Notes under the pieces: model-generated
The model's input: only the letters and a program-made list of their open reading frames with translations
Database searches by the model: none
What the model was told of the DNA's origin: nothing
Shown: in pieces, positions 24,604 through 38,450 of the stretch
How positions within the stretch are numbered: the first letter of the stretch is position 1
Layout of the letters: each line of letters starts with the position of its first letter
Source: Takakia lepidozioides
Lineage: Eukaryota; Plantae; Bryophyta
Length of the DNA stretch: 64,000 bases
Direction: 5' to 3'
Assembly: GCA_030704615.1 (NCBI GenBank)
Contig: CM060734.1
Location: forward strand, 17,980,001-18,044,000
Position numbers and translations under genes: made by a program

Positions 24604-25249
24604 GTCTGCCCCCTATCCCACCAGCTCCGCTCATCGTCTCTCATGATCAGACTCAACACTATAAGAAAGCAAACACAGCTCCGTCCTGTTTGTCGTCTCT
24701 CACGATTAAACTCGACATGAAGAAAACAAACAGATGGCCGGGGAGACAAAAAAACGCGAAGTCCCTTCTACTCATGACTGGATGGATGAATGTAGCGATA
24801 GATGGATGGATTTTAGGTTTTCCATTAATACATCCATCCATTCATTTGTTTTTCCATTTTTTGGCCATTTTAATTTCATCCATTCATCCAAAATGAATCT
24901 TTAAATGAGTTTCACTATCAGTTCATCAAATAGCTGCCAGCTCAGCGTTTGCATTATCATTTGTTCCTATGTTCATCCAATAGTTGCCAACAAGGCGTTT
25001 GTTGTATCATTTGTTCATACGTTCATCTAGTGCACAGAAGTTATGTTTGATACATTCATCCAATAGTTGCCAGCAAGGCGTTTGTGTATCATTCGTTGAG
25101 ATAATACAGTTGTTTTGTTTCACTAACCTTAACCAGCAGTCGATTAGTTTACTATTAATCTGCTGGGTCAGTGAAACAATAGTTAAATATTCTTACTACT
25201 TATTATCCTCATACTTAACACTGCGACCTAGCAACCCTAAATTCAAGCA

Positions 25250-25350
25250 CATTCATCCTAATTCATCCTAGTTCATTCATCCTAATTCATCCTAGTTCAC
25301 TCATCCTAATTCATCCTAATCATCCATTCATCCATTCATTCCTTCATTCA
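25250..25350. repeat. TTCATCC(TA)-rich simple repeat
   Basis: Iterated attcatcctaattcatcctagttc. Confidence 0.7.
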
Positions 25351-26614
25351 GAGGGTGTGGCTTAGTGCCCGCGAGCAATGATATGTTGACATGTCGTCAT
25401 TTGCAATCACATCCTGCATCTGTTTCATCCATTTATGTTTGCATCGTCCACGTAGACACTCCTTGGGCAACTGACAATCGCCACGTGCAGTCGTGAATAC
25501 TGGCAGTCATACATTCCCATGCCCACGTCATCCTGTTGCAGTTTTGGCCATGACTCCTAGTCGTATCTACTATCTTCCCCTATCTGGTCAAACGTGTTTG
25601 ACCGCAAATCCTGACGTGGCGGAGGTACAAGGTGGCATATACGACTTCTGGTGGTCACAAATGGCAACCAGGACTGCCCCCTTGCATTTTGTAGACATAT
25701 ATGCTACGACTGGGCAAATGTGGCAGACGTTAAAGCTGGGATCTGTTGTAATGGTGAGTGTGTGAGCGCAGCCAGGCTCACGCCACATCAACAGTTCCCG
25801 CCACGTTGGTTCTTGCCAACATAGTTCACGCTACGTCATTCTCATAGGCACGGACGTATAACCGTGGACAGAATAGCGTGAAGGGGCCCTATAGCCGCGG
25901 ACTTGAGCATTCGGCACATATAGAACCATATTTGGGCGATGAGAAGAAGTGCAGAACAAAGGGTTCGAATGAATGTTACTGAATGATTGTGTTTGAGACC
26001 GAATATAGAAGAATGGTTATGGATGAATTAATGAGGATGAAGGAGAATCAGTGTGGATGACACGCTCAGAATATGGATGAATATGGATGAAATCTTGCGG
26101 ATGAATGATAATGGCTGAATGTTGGACGACAAATTGTGGATAAGAATGAGTGCGCACCTTTTTTTCACCATGGTTCATAAATAGAAGAATATAATACCCA
26201 ACCCTTCTTCCAATAGCAACCGGACCCCACTGCCTTCCGTCCACACCAGTGAAATGAGAAGACATTACAGACTACAGACATTTTATTTTTTTTCATTTTC
26301 CCCTGGCTGGTTGGAAAAACAGTGTGCGGCGCCGCACACCCTTTCTGCCCATTTTTATTTATTTTATTATTATTATTTTCCCCTGGTTGGTTCGAAAAAT
26401 AGTGTGCGGCGCCGCACACCCTTTCTGCCCATTGAAAAACACCGAATTCGGGACCCCAAAATAGGTGGCAGGTGTGGGTCTATTCTTCTGTCACGTGGGT
26501 TGTTCTCCCATACTTCTGACACCCCCTCTGAGGTCGGTTGACTTGACTTTTCTATCTACCATGATAGTTTGGGTTTTGGTTTACCTGTTGTTCCCTCGTG
26601 GGGTAAGGACAATA

Positions 26615-27420
26615 TTACAAGGAATAACCTGAAGTGTTGCAATTTGAACACCAGACCTTCGCTGGATTGGGGCCTGACTCTCCGACTGGTGTTGCATCTC
26701 GATATCCAACGTGGCAGGTGATTTGTTGACCGATGGAGCTCATTCGGTCTCCCATCGTCTCGATTGTCTTCATGAGGGATGTCACTTGTGCCTCCAAATG
26801 ACCAACTCGTGAATCAGACTATCCCGTTGAATCAACATATGAGTTGGTGGAAATTGCACTGATGTAGCCCGGTGTTGCTTACGCTCCAGCTGGTCGTGCA
26901 GTCATTGTTGGGACGTAATGTCTCGCTCCTTCAACGTAAGAAGACGTGTATTGTAAACGCTAATGGAACCGGCTCATTGGCGGGCTCGATGGTGATGTAG
27001 GAGGGTAATGCAAGCTCCGACATCTTGGCTCGTTGAACTTGTCTATGCATATCGTCGAATTCATTTTGATAGCATCTGTTAATGTTGCAGGCCTTTGCTG
27101 TAAAACATGGAAGTGAGAAGTCTCTCATAAACCACTGAAAAAACAATCCTTGAGCACCTCATCATTCAAAGGAGTCAACGGATTTTGGAGCCGCATCAGC
27201 TCCCGGAATCTCATTTCAAAGTCCGTTACTTCCTCCGTAGGGCCTTGACGGATTTTTGCTAGTGCCATCAGAACACTAGTAAATTGATGTACTGCACGAA
27301 ACTGATTTAGGAAAGCATCTCGAATCTGATCCCAAACCACAAAAGATCCATTGGGCTATTGCCAATACCAGGTCAACCCCTTGCCTTTTAATATAGTGGG
27401 AAACCAAATAAGCCAATAAG
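26615..27420 (-). pseudogene. Ty3/Gypsy gag remnant
   Basis: LKGKGLTWY...WDQIRDAFLNQF...IRQGPTEEVTDFEMRF (retrotransposon gag pattern) and a decayed knuckle WCSNCNTSG. Confidence 0.75.
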
Positions 27421-28606
27421 CATTATTAGAAGTGCGTTCTTGGGATATTCCCGCGCTCCCATTGTTGTGCCCCTAGGATCCTTGGAATCCCCAAGGAATC
27501 CCCTACCTTTTTCTATTTTCTGTTATTTTAATTATTTTCTACATTAGTTTAATAGGCGAAAATAGCCATTAGACTTAGGATTTATCCAGACCCCCTTAAG
27601 CCAAAAATCAAGTTTTAAGGGAGGCTTTTGGCCCCATCCTCCCGAGGTTATTTGAAGGCAAATACACGGCTGAGGAGGGGCGACGGATGGGGGTATTGAC
27701 CCTTGATCCCCTGTAGCTCGGGAAATGTTTTGTGAAGGAATAAAAGTATCATGGCTATAAGCGCCTTGGAAGCTTGGGCTCGTAGGACCTAGAAATAAAA
27801 GACTTGGAAGGCAATTCAATTCTAAAAACCTTAAAAAGACCGTAGGATCTAGGAACGCAAACTCGCCCTACGGAGGAGAGATTTAAGCTCTTCTTTGCCG
27901 GTAGGATTAGTTATTGCACAAAAACCGCCACTAGCATGTCACGGATCCCCTCCACTAACTGCAGCCGGATGGGCGGTTCTTCGAGCCCAACCCACACTGC
28001 GACTCGCCATGACCCCTTCTAGCTAGTATGTCGTCACCTTGGCCGCCCGCGTCCAAGGCTCGTCATATAAATGGTGCGTCTACCGGGAGGTGAGAAAATA
28101 GTCAGGAATCCCCAACGTTTGAATGGATGAAGGATCGATATCTGTCCTTATCTTTGTTCTCTTTTATGTTTTTTGCTTATGTACTACTTTATGTTTTTCA
28201 TATGATATTGCTTCATTTAATTTATTTCTAGTTGCCACATACTAGTGAAGATGGATACCCCAATGTAGTAGGCCTTGTTTAATTAATCTTTTGAGTACTA
28301 ACGCTATGGCTTCCTTTGAGATAAGCATGCCTTAAATACGCTACGACGACGAGGTATGTCATGAGAATCTCAAACTTTATTGTTTTTGTTAACTAGTCTT
28401 GAGCTCCAGTGGTAGGGGCACAGTGTGCATGCGTGATTGACTACCAGCACTTTGTGCTCTATTTGTTTTGTCCATTGCGGCAACATGTTTAATCTGGACT
28501 AAGTGAGGTTTTCTTTGCATCATGGGTAATTGTGTGAATGAAACATCAAACTGTGGAGGATCAAGGAGAATAGCAGCAAGTTCACCATGAAGACCCACAT
28601 CAGGCC

Positions 28607-30400
28607 ATGCTTATGAGTTCCATAAGCAAGACACTCAATTTGTTGGGCACTTATGTGAAATCCCATGTTCCATCTACACAATTGGTAGCTTTGAGGGAGG
28701 AACTCAAGCAGGAGTTTGAGGCTAGAATTGCCACCGAGTGTGCAAACAAGGTGGATGTGGAGGCCAACCTCAAGTTGCAGAAAGAATTGGAGGACACGAA
28801 GGCTGCCCTGCAGCTAGCAAAAAATAATATGATTGAAGCGGGTCTGGAGCAGGAGAAGTTGCATGAAGCACATAAGCAACAGCTATACCAATTGCAGGTG
28901 AAGCAAGAGGGCAAGTTGCAGGAAGTGAACGTGCTCCATACACAGTTGGAGGCAGTTCATAAAAAAATGACCATCCAATGTGCCACACTGACAACCGCTC
29001 TGGACCAAATTGCATTAGAAGTTAACAGACAAGCAGAGAGGTGTATGATGGCAGAGGCTGAGACAGTAGAGCAAGAGAAACTCATTGCTGATTTGAGGGC
29101 TACAATCTGTCGCAATGAGGTTACTTTCCAACAAAACAGTCAGGTTGAGGCTGAGAAGGAAAGATACATCCTGAAGTTGCAGCAAACACTCGCGGGCCAA
29201 AAGAATGAACTTTCTGTGGCTAACAAGGCTTGGAAGGAAGCCAATAATCTGGCTGCTGCCTATGCGGCCCTGGTTGAACCTCATGCAAAGCGCATGAAGG
29301 CTTTACAACAGTAGTTAGATGTGTACAGACTCAAGGAGGAGCAGGCTCTCAGGGATGCTACACAGGACTTGGTGGATAATCATCTTATGCAAGTATGGTT
29401 AACACAAGGGCCGGTGGAAGGGAAGGCACCACGAAAGCTTACTCAGGGGGAGATGAATGATCTCAGATTGCAGGTGTAGAACATTGCCACAACTACTATA
29501 GACAATGTCTATAGTAGGATAGCGGAGTTACAGGATGATGTGGAAGGCCTGCAAACTCAAGTGGATGACCTGAGTTCTAATATTGACAAAATAGTCTTTG
29601 ATCCTGAGGAGCAGCTGGTGGTTACTTATTTGCATGCCAGGACTCTGATTTTTCAGTCTTCTTCGCAGGAGGTGCAGGAGTTGCCAGTAGTAGGAGGGAC
29701 AGTGGCGGCAATATCACAGCCCCCACAGCAGGTGGCTGACCCTGTTGATACCATGGCAAAGCCACAATCTGAGGTTTGGGGGGATGCTGCTTTTAACCCA
29801 CCTAGGGCTCCTGTTGCATTAGAGTACAATCAGGCTATGATTATGCCCTTCAACCAAATTCCCATTGTGATGGATTTGGCTTGGAAGGAATTCAGTCCTC
29901 CACACTCTTTGGCACATTATTACCAGATCATGGGCATTTGGTTGCCAGTGACAACTCGGACTAAGGTTCTTCCGAACAATCGACCCATTGAGGATCATCA
30001 TTTTACAAGGTACTGGTCTGAGGCAAGCACCATATTGAAGGAATTAATTGCCTTCCAGGTTGTTCATGGGTACATCTACACCAAGACCAAGGAAGTATCT
30101 AGTATTGTCATGGGCTGTGGATTCTACTATGCTGCTTGTTTCATTGCGCGTTATCACATTGAGCTGCAGAAGATGCAATCACGATTTCTGAGTTATTCCA
30201 GTGGGGATCATTGGGTCTTACCTTGAGTTCCACCCCATATGTATCTGTATGATGCGAAAGTCATGATGCAGAAGGATTCCCAACTTCGTTCATGGTTTAA
30301 TTTGGTTTGGAACAACTTGGCCAAAGAGAAATTGGGCCCTGATGATATTTTCTATAAGGGACATGAAGCCTGGAAATACTTACACTGTTCCTAAGTCATT
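28607..30400 (+). pseudogene. Coiled-coil ORF with in-frame stops, likely an extra ORF of an LTR retrotransposon
   Basis: A 235-aa E/Q/K/L-rich ORF and a 228-aa ORF in the same frame are separated by TAG stops, have no introns and lie between retroelement remnants. Confidence 0.5.
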
Positions 30401-31329
30401 GGCACACCTCTTACCTATACGGCCAAGGAGTTTAGGGAGTTCACTCATTTTGCTTGCAAGTGATTAAAGCAAGTGGTACAGTTTAAGCTTCCAGACATGG
30501 TGGGCCAACACTGTAAGCCACGCAGGATTGCTGAGGAGCCACTTACAGTTCGGCCACCGAAACACCTCAGGGGGGAAGATGATTCTAATACTATTGGTTC
30601 TTCAGAGGAACCTTTTGACATGGCGGAGGACTATGCACTCCAAAGGTGCTAGAGCAATGAGGCAACGACGTACCAAACGCAGTCACAGCCCAACACAGCT
30701 TGGCACAGCCCGTCACAACATACGCAGGGAACGGTTATCATTGGCAGGGAACGACTGTGTGGGTTCGACATCTGCAGAGGGAACGTGTTTACTTTTTAGG
30801 TGATTGTTAGTTAGTTAGGCAGTTAGAACAGCTTGCAGGTAGATTAAGGAGAGCAGCAACAGGGAGGGGGATACTTCACGGGGAGCACTTCTTGGTGATT
30901 CACAGGGAGATCAAGGGAAGAGCATGAATGGGAGCAAGGATGGAGAGCACAGTGAAGGAGGAGAGATGATCAGTATATGCTTGTTACATGCAAAGCTGTA
31001 GTGATACTGTAGAGCAGATTAGAAACACAATGGCTTCGGCCTGATACCTGATAAATCTTAATCTGATACTTATTTGATACAATCACACTGTGTAGAGAGA
31101 CATGAGTGAAGCTGTGGAATGAATGGATGAGTGAATGGAACCTGATAGATACTGAAGCAATCTGATGCTTCAGTATACACAATAAGGTAAATTGCTAACA
31201 TGAAGGCAAGAAGAAATACAAATAGGAAGCACAACCATGATTCACTAGCTGTAGGTCATGACTGATTGTTCTGAGCGGGCTGAGTGCTTAGAGATATCCA
31301 ACTCTTCTATCTTGGAGTTTCCACCTCGA

Positions 31330-33054
31330 ATAGCGAAGGGATGGGTGAGTAAAAGCCGCTCGACACTCTGATCCTCCCAAAGATGTTTGTATCTGGAAAG
31401 GACAAGGCTCTATGTCTGCCTCCGTGAGGCCTAAACCTGCAATAGCGGCTCTGCCCAGCATCAGTGGCTGAGCTCCCGAGTCCAACAAGACCCGCAGTGG
31501 CCGGTACCTCTTGCCTGCCAGTCCACTCAAATAGAAAATGCCATCCTGGTTGTCTTGTTGGCTGGTATGTAGCTGGCAGCTCCGTCAACCTATAAGCTGT
31601 AGCTTGCCATGGCGCTGCCGTGGCAGTCTTGACCCTAAAATCCGAGGATCCCTCCGTAGCTGTGGCCATGGCAGCAAGCCTCTACTCTAGCTGCTGAAGC
31701 CGGTTGGCCATGCCTTGGTCATCACCCTGACCTCCACGTCCCTGGCCATGCTCATCCTCTCTGAGCTGCTCCACCTCGCCCCTGGCCACCATTGTTCAGT
31801 TGGAACTGGCTTGGCCGCAGCTCAGGATGCAAGTCATAACATTGGGCCTCTCCATGCCCATAATTGCCATAATGCCCACACTGCAATTGCGCAGGCTGTG
31901 CCTGTGCTGGCCCTTTGCCTCCCTCTGGGCAATCATTCTTGACATGGGGTCCTCCACATGTCCAACACACTACACCCGCCTGTTGCTGGCCTGCAAATGA
32001 AGGGAGAGATCCCTGCATCTGAGGTCCTCTCTGTCCTTCCCTAGGCTTCACCTGAGCCCTCTTGTTGCCTTGAGCACGTTGGGGTAGTGGTTGACTAAGA
32101 GCACCACTACCCCCTGGTGTCTCCTTAGCAAATTCCACCATAACCCACTCGTTTCTCCACCATATTGAGTTCTATCCACTCTGCCAGCAAAAACACATTT
32201 GCTAAGGTGGGTTGGGTCGCTTGTAGGAGAGTTGCATCCCGCACCCTTCTCCTCAGCTCCTTGTCCAATATCCCATACTAGAATTGGACTGCTTGAGCCT
32301 CCGTAACCACTTGGATTACATTTATCAAGCGCCTCATGCGAGTGTAGGCCTCCTTCAAGCTCTCAGTAGGCTTCCGTTGGAACTCTTGTAAGCTCCGCAA
32401 CTTCTCTGTCCTCACCCCTTGGTAGTTCATTCTCAACTCTTCGAAGAACTCCACAACAGGGTTGAAGGCAGACACGGGTGCTGGTGCAGCAGTGGCTTGG
32501 GTGGACGTCGTAGCTCCTGTACCACTAGTCCCACTGTTGCTTGTGAAAGCTGCCGGTGTGGCTGCTGCCCTTGTCCCTCTAGTGCCTCTAGTGATGGAGG
32601 CATAGTCAGGTGACTAGTATATCCTCCACTCCTCGATCTCAACCTCATGCCCCCACCTAAACTCATGGTAATCATCCATGGGCGGCCCCTCAAGGTGTTG
32701 AAACAGCCCCTTCCATGTCATAAAAGGCGTGAATAGTTGTGGATTGCGCATTTGCTGCAAGTCACACCAACTGTCAAACTTTTGTATGAAGTCATCCAAC
32801 TCGATGGTGCCCACAGCTCCAGAGTACCTACGTGGCCCTTTGGTAGCTCCATACATCTCCTCCATCGTGTCCCATACCAATGGCAAGGAAATAGCTTGCA
32901 TTGTCGGCGTGAATCCTCCTGATTCAGAGTCAGAATCAGAACCTTCCTTGGAAGACAGAGGAGGTGAAGGTGGCCTAAACCGCATACCTCGTCTCGTGTA
33001 CCCACTAGTATCGCTAGTGCTCGTACCGGCACTCTCCCCAGCAACTAGTGGCAC
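31330..33054 (-). pseudogene. Ty3/Gypsy gag-protease remnant (second family)
   Basis: LDDFIQKFDSWCD; LRSLQEFQRKPTESLKEAYTRM; knuckles CWTCGGPHVKNDC and CGHYGNYGHGEAQC; protease VLLDSGAQ. Confidence 0.85.
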
Positions 33055-33719
33055 CTCCGTGTTGAAAAACTGGCACTCAACTAGTCATGAACCTGTCTCT
33101 AATACCCCATTTTCCACAAGGTAACCGGATAGAGAACCTGTTGCAGCTTATGGTTCAAGGAATACTAGGTTCCTAACATAGCCTGCACCTGCACCTGCAT
33201 CTACCGCAAACACTCATATGGTCTGCTGGTCATCAACCTAGCCTCGCCATAAGAGAAACAATGATGGTCTGACTGGTCATCACCCCAGCCTCACCACCAA
33301 CAGCACGCTCTAGGATTGGCCGGTGATCAAATCCGGACCAACCTCCTATGAAAACAAGTGCCCACACCAAGCTAACATGGCGCACAGTCAGGCATGCAGG
33401 TGTGGAGGGGATCCAAACACAAGAAAATCAAAACAACAACTCCCCCACACCAAAAACACTCCACAGTGTCGCTCCTGCAAGGACATCCCAGCCCAAACCC
33501 GGACTGACTCTTGCCTCCACCTACAAAAAGGTTTTGGCCTACAGAGAGGGTGAGAGACTATGAGGAGGAGAGACTAAAGCAATTCCTAATCCCAGCATGC
33601 TCTCATCCCACTACCCTATCTCCACACTCTCTTGCTTGAGCAATAGACAATGCTACATTGCAAGGATCTCTCAAATAACTCTCCAAGAGCCCTCAAGATG
33701 CCTCTCAAATAGTCTCACT

Positions 33720-34150
33720 AAGGCTCCCAAAGCTTACACAATATTGGCCCTCAAGGACCCCAAATAGTCCTTCAAACGAGTCGCCAAAGACTCCTTAAGC
33801 TCGCCAAATATTGGCCTCCAAGGACCCCAAACAGCCCTCCAAAGACCCTCCAAAAACTTGCCAAATATTGGCCTTTAAGGACCCCAAGTAGTCATCCAAA
33901 TAGCCCTCCAAAGGCTCCAAAAATTGGTCTTCAAGGACCCCAAATAGTCCTCCAAACAGCCCTCCAAAGGCTCCAAAGACTTGCCAAATATTGGCCTTCA
34001 AGGACCCCAAACAGTCCTCCAAACACTCATTCAAGAGCTCTTCAAAGTGTCCTACAAAATCTCCTCAAAGTGTCTTCCAAAAGCTCCTCAAAGGACCCCA
34101 AAGATCCCCCAAACAATCCTCCAAATGCCCTTGAAAATCCTCCAAAAGCC
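33720..34150. repeat. Degenerate tandem repeat (ccaaatattggccttcaaggaccccaaa core, ~55-65 bp)
   Basis: The core recurs at least five times. Confidence 0.8.
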
Positions 34151-34184
34151 ATATATTGTCTTTATATGTCACTATGTTTCCAGC

Positions 34185-34345
34185 CTATAATGACCATTCC
34201 TATCAGATAGTTATCGTTCTCATACTATAGTTACTGTTCCCAACCTATAGTGACAGTTCTCAACCTAGAATAGTTACTGTTCCCAACCTATAGTGACGGT
34301 TCCTAACCTATAGTTACTGTTCCCATACTATAGTGACCGTTCCCA
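34185..34345. repeat. Short tandem repeat (~20 bp, ctatagt(t/g)ac(t/c)gttccc)
   Basis: About seven direct copies. Confidence 0.8.
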
Positions 34346-34399
34346 TGAACCTGGTTTCATGTGCATCTCATGCTAGGGTTTGTGCATCCCAAGCTAGGG

Positions 34400-36050
34400 T
34401 TTGTGCTTCCTTGAGCTTCATGCTTGATCTTCTCAAGAATCCATGAGCTCTATGTGATAACAAGATAAACTCTCTTGATCTCTTCCACTCCAATGTGTAA
34501 CCAAGAGCATCTCCAACTCAACTAGTAAGACATTTGCTACAAAACAAGTTCACTTGCTCCTATGAACTCAAACAAGACCTTCTTCCATTGGCAAGCAACA
34601 AAGCATTGCTTCCTTTTGGCTCTTGTTTGCACTCCTACATGTGCTCTTCCTTGGGCATTCACATGCATAGTCCACCTCTTAGCTTCCATATGTTGCTCTC
34701 CTTTATGGAAACAAGAACCAACACATTGCCACTTCATGCAAAAGAGGAGTTTTCAACTCTTCACTTACTAGTTTCAGTCTTTGTCAATATGGCATTTTGA
34801 GTCAACCACTTGAGCTCCTCTTGAGTTTTTCTTGAACTCCCCAAGTCCTCCTTGTCACACACCACCAATAGTGAGTCTAACTCATGAGGAAGATGCTTGC
34901 CATACACCAAGTCCACTTTCTCCTCTTTAACTCACAAAAACCGCACCATTCATCATATGGCAACCAACCAAGCATGGCAGATTCCCAGCCTTTGTAAGCA
35001 CTCATTCACGCGCTCTTCTTGGCCATAGCACACATCTTAGTGCCTATTCCAGCCCCTATACTTGCCGTTTCAAGAGCCGTGCTCTCCTCAAGCTTTAAGT
35101 TGAAACCCAACTCCAACATATGCTCTACAAGTGCTTTTCCTTCACCTAAGTGGAAACCACCCCTTTTACTTCCTTGTGCTTCAAGCCCAAGCTCGTGCTG
35201 CTCCTTGGCTCTTCTTCCACACCATAGAAACCTTGAACCTAGCTTGACTAGAGCAAGAGCAAGCACTCCATAGCCACTTGGTGGCTATCCACATGTCATC
35301 ACTTTCACGCCTTCACTCCATAATGCTTTGCAAAGCTCCTGAAACCCTAGCATCTATGCTTTCCATGCACAAGACGCTCATCTTGTGATGCAAGAACTCT
35401 CTTTCCAAGCTCTGAAACCCTAAGTGCACATACAAGCATTCTAACTTGCAAAACTATGCGAGCTTTGTGATACAAGAGCTCTCTCCTTAAGCTCTCCACC
35501 TCTGTAGAACGAGCAATGCTTCTAAACCCTCACATCCATGTTCTCCATACCACAAGGATTTTCTTTTGCAATACCTGCAACACCTTGTAACACAAGAGCT
35601 ATTTTTCCAAGCTCTCTTCTCAAGCTTTCAAGCTCTTCAACACAAGTGCACAACTAATCCTTATACTCCGCACTCACAAGCATAAGGTCATCTTTCTCGA
35701 GTGATAGATAAGAAGAACACAAGCTCACACGAGCTCACAAACATTGCAAATGAAAACCATCACTCATATTAAGTCGAGCCAAGTGCATCCCATGCCATGG
35801 GGAATCCACACTACGGCGCCATAGCTAGACGCGGTGAGGCTCAACTCGAGAAAGATGAGCCCACCACGCTTGCCGTGGAGATAACCACGCGAGGTGCCTA
35901 AACGTCATACATTGGCCCCTGGATTGACACTTGGGCCAATCCCAAATGTCAATATGTAAAAGCTAGCTATTTCCTAGCCAGTCTCACACTAGTGGTAAAA
36001 TAACTTGACATGTCGTAGAGGCTCGGCGGCTCTCCGAACCTGCTTTACAA
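34400..36050 (-). mobile_element. Highly decayed LTR-retrotransposon 5' region, possibly Copia-like
   Basis: LTR-like text from ~35700 and a degenerate coding-like stretch. No clean motif survives. Confidence 0.3.
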
Positions 36051-36299
36051 CATCGACACTTTGATTGTATTCTAGATTTTGTGAAAGGCAGAGCAACTTT
36101 GTAATGCAAGGACTATGTTCACTCCACAAACATTCAGTCGAATTTTATTTTTATTGCCAAAAAATAATTACATCCTGGGAGTGCCACGAGGTTTCGGCAC
36201 TGCCATTCTCTGGACCTAGACAGCTTCAAGGAGCACAAGTAAACTATCAGTACTCCACCACACGGAAAGATAAGTAACTCCAGTCTGTTCTCACAACCT

Positions 36300-36824
36300 C
36301 ATTCTGTGGGCATGATGCATTCATTTGCAGCCAAGTGTCGATGCAGTCGCTGTGGAAACGATGCGTGCAGAGGGTGATAGTTCGAACTGTGTCCCTAGGT
36401 TACACTGGATATTCACCGCAAATCGAGCATGGTTTGGACTCAACTCCTGCTGCAGGAACAATACTCAGCAGATAGGAGTTTGAGATGAACTCCATTGAAA
36501 CCCTAGTCCAGCTGCGATCAACCTCCTCCTCTACGACTTCGAACTATTCCTCTTCGTCATCTTTGTTTTCATGGTCCTCACCTTCCTCCTCTTCGTCATT
36601 TGTCGATGAGTCCCCAATTGCCAAGGCGGATCCCAAGGTGCATTCCCTCCAACAGCATGGGACTGCTGAGCGACCCATTCGTCGACTGTTTCCTGCCGTG
36701 CAATGCACTCGCCAATCTCATTGGCGAAGTCGGAAATGCAGATGAGGTTTGCCATGTTTTCCTCGGCTCCCTCAACACGGTTGCTGCTCTCCCCCTCAAA
36801 GTTGCCCCGCGGTGGCATGTCCAC
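36300..36824 (-). pseudogene. RING-H2 zinc-finger protein pseudogene (intronless, acidic N-terminal region)
   Basis: Manual translation from 36429 gives [42 protein letters not shown], i.e. C-x2-C-x16-C-x-H-x2-H-x2-C-x10-C with the eighth ligand lost. Confidence 0.8.
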
Positions 36825-36839
36825 ACTATCTTCTACTCC

Positions 36840-38450
36840 TTCCGGCCGGAAAATAAGTGGAATAAGTCACGCGGCGACAACGGTTTTTGGAAAGCTAAGG
36901 GAGGGTCTTCACACGCCAAGGCGGCGTCTGGTGCTCTGAAAGAAAAATCAGGTGCGACAGCACTTGGTGGACAAAAGGGGACTTTTGAGGGGGGGGGGTG
37001 GCTTCAATTGCGGGAAGACTGGGCACATGCCCAAAAAGTGCTCGGAATCCAGGCATTTGAACATGACCCGGGCGACCACGGAGCTGTCAGAAGAGTCCAT
37101 CAGCCACTTGGTGGAGGCGGTGGTTGCCCAAACTTGCAAGATAAGCAACTACACTTGTGAGCTGTATCAAGAAGCGGGAGCAGTACGTAGCGGAAGTCAA
37201 TTGATGTTCGTAAGTGGGAAAATTTTCGGAACTAACATGTCGTTCTTGGTGGACACAGGAGCGTCGCACTCCTTCTTGACACGTAGGTTTATTCGCCCTC
37301 CCACTCGGTTGGGCACATCTGACACATTCAAGACTTCACTACCGTTCCCACATGGCAGTGTGACCAACCTCTTGCAGCCACCTATGACCACTCCATGTTT
37401 ACTCAGAAACGTCATCCCCAAAATGAGGTCAACTCCGTCAACTTCGGAGATTGTGAAGTCCTCACACCCCTCCAAAAGTTCCCTAGTTGGAGAGGGACGT
37501 TGAATGCCACTCTCGTAGCCAAATTGCGACTCTCCTTTGAAGGAGTGGGCCATGGAGGAGCCACACAAGCCTAAGTTTTTGCTTTATGTGAGGCAGTTGG
37601 AAGGAGATGGATTGACTTGCGCTAGGTAGCGGAAGAAAACATGGAGAAAATGGCGTGCAGAACAAGGTACGGCTCATATGAGTTTTTGGTGATGCCATTT
37701 GGGCTCACCAACGCACCGACGACTTTCAGTATGCTAATAAACAACTTCTTCCAAGAGTGGTTAGATGACTTTGTGATCCTGTACATCGACGACATCTTGG
37801 TGTACTCATACAAACAAAAGAAGACCACCTGGAACACCTCAAAAGGGTGTTCCAGAAGTTGCGGAAATGGAAGCTCTACGCCAAGGCTTCAAAGTGCCAA
37901 TTTGGGGTCACAAAAGTGGAGTTCCTAGGGCATGTGATTACGCAAGATGGGATAAAAATGGATGATAGAAAGGTGAGGGCAATCTTGGACTGGGAACCTC
38001 CGACTTCGGTCCCGGGAGTGCGATCCTTTCTGGGACTCGCCTCCTACTACCGAAAATATGTGAGGAATTTTGCTAAGATTGCGGGGCCGCTATCGGACCT
38101 CTTGCGTAAGTCTAAGGTGTGGGTATGGAATACCTGTTGTGGCCAAGCATTTCCCGAGTTGAAGCAACGGATGGCGGAAGCTCTAGTCTTGAAGATCCTG
38201 GAGTTTGACCGTCCATTTGAGATTCACACAGACGCGTCGGACTTTGCAATTGGGGGTGTTCTCAAGCAGGATGGGCGTCCAGTGCTTACGAAAGCAATAA
38301 ACTGAATGACATTGAATGGAGGTGGCCTATGCACGAGAAGGAGATGAAGGCGGTGATGCACTGTCTTGAACTTTAACGCCACTATGTTGGTTCCAACCCG
38401 GTGAAGGTGTTCACGGACAATGTTATGGTGAAGTATTTTGCCATGCAACT
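36840..38450 (+). mobile_element. Rearranged remnant of the same Galadriel-like family (gag end, protease, RT, RNaseH) with an internal inversion
   Basis: [33 protein letters not shown] and [13 protein letters not shown] on plus. The segment ~37285-37500 (EVDGVDLILGMTFLSK...GGRINL) is on minus. Confidence 0.9.
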
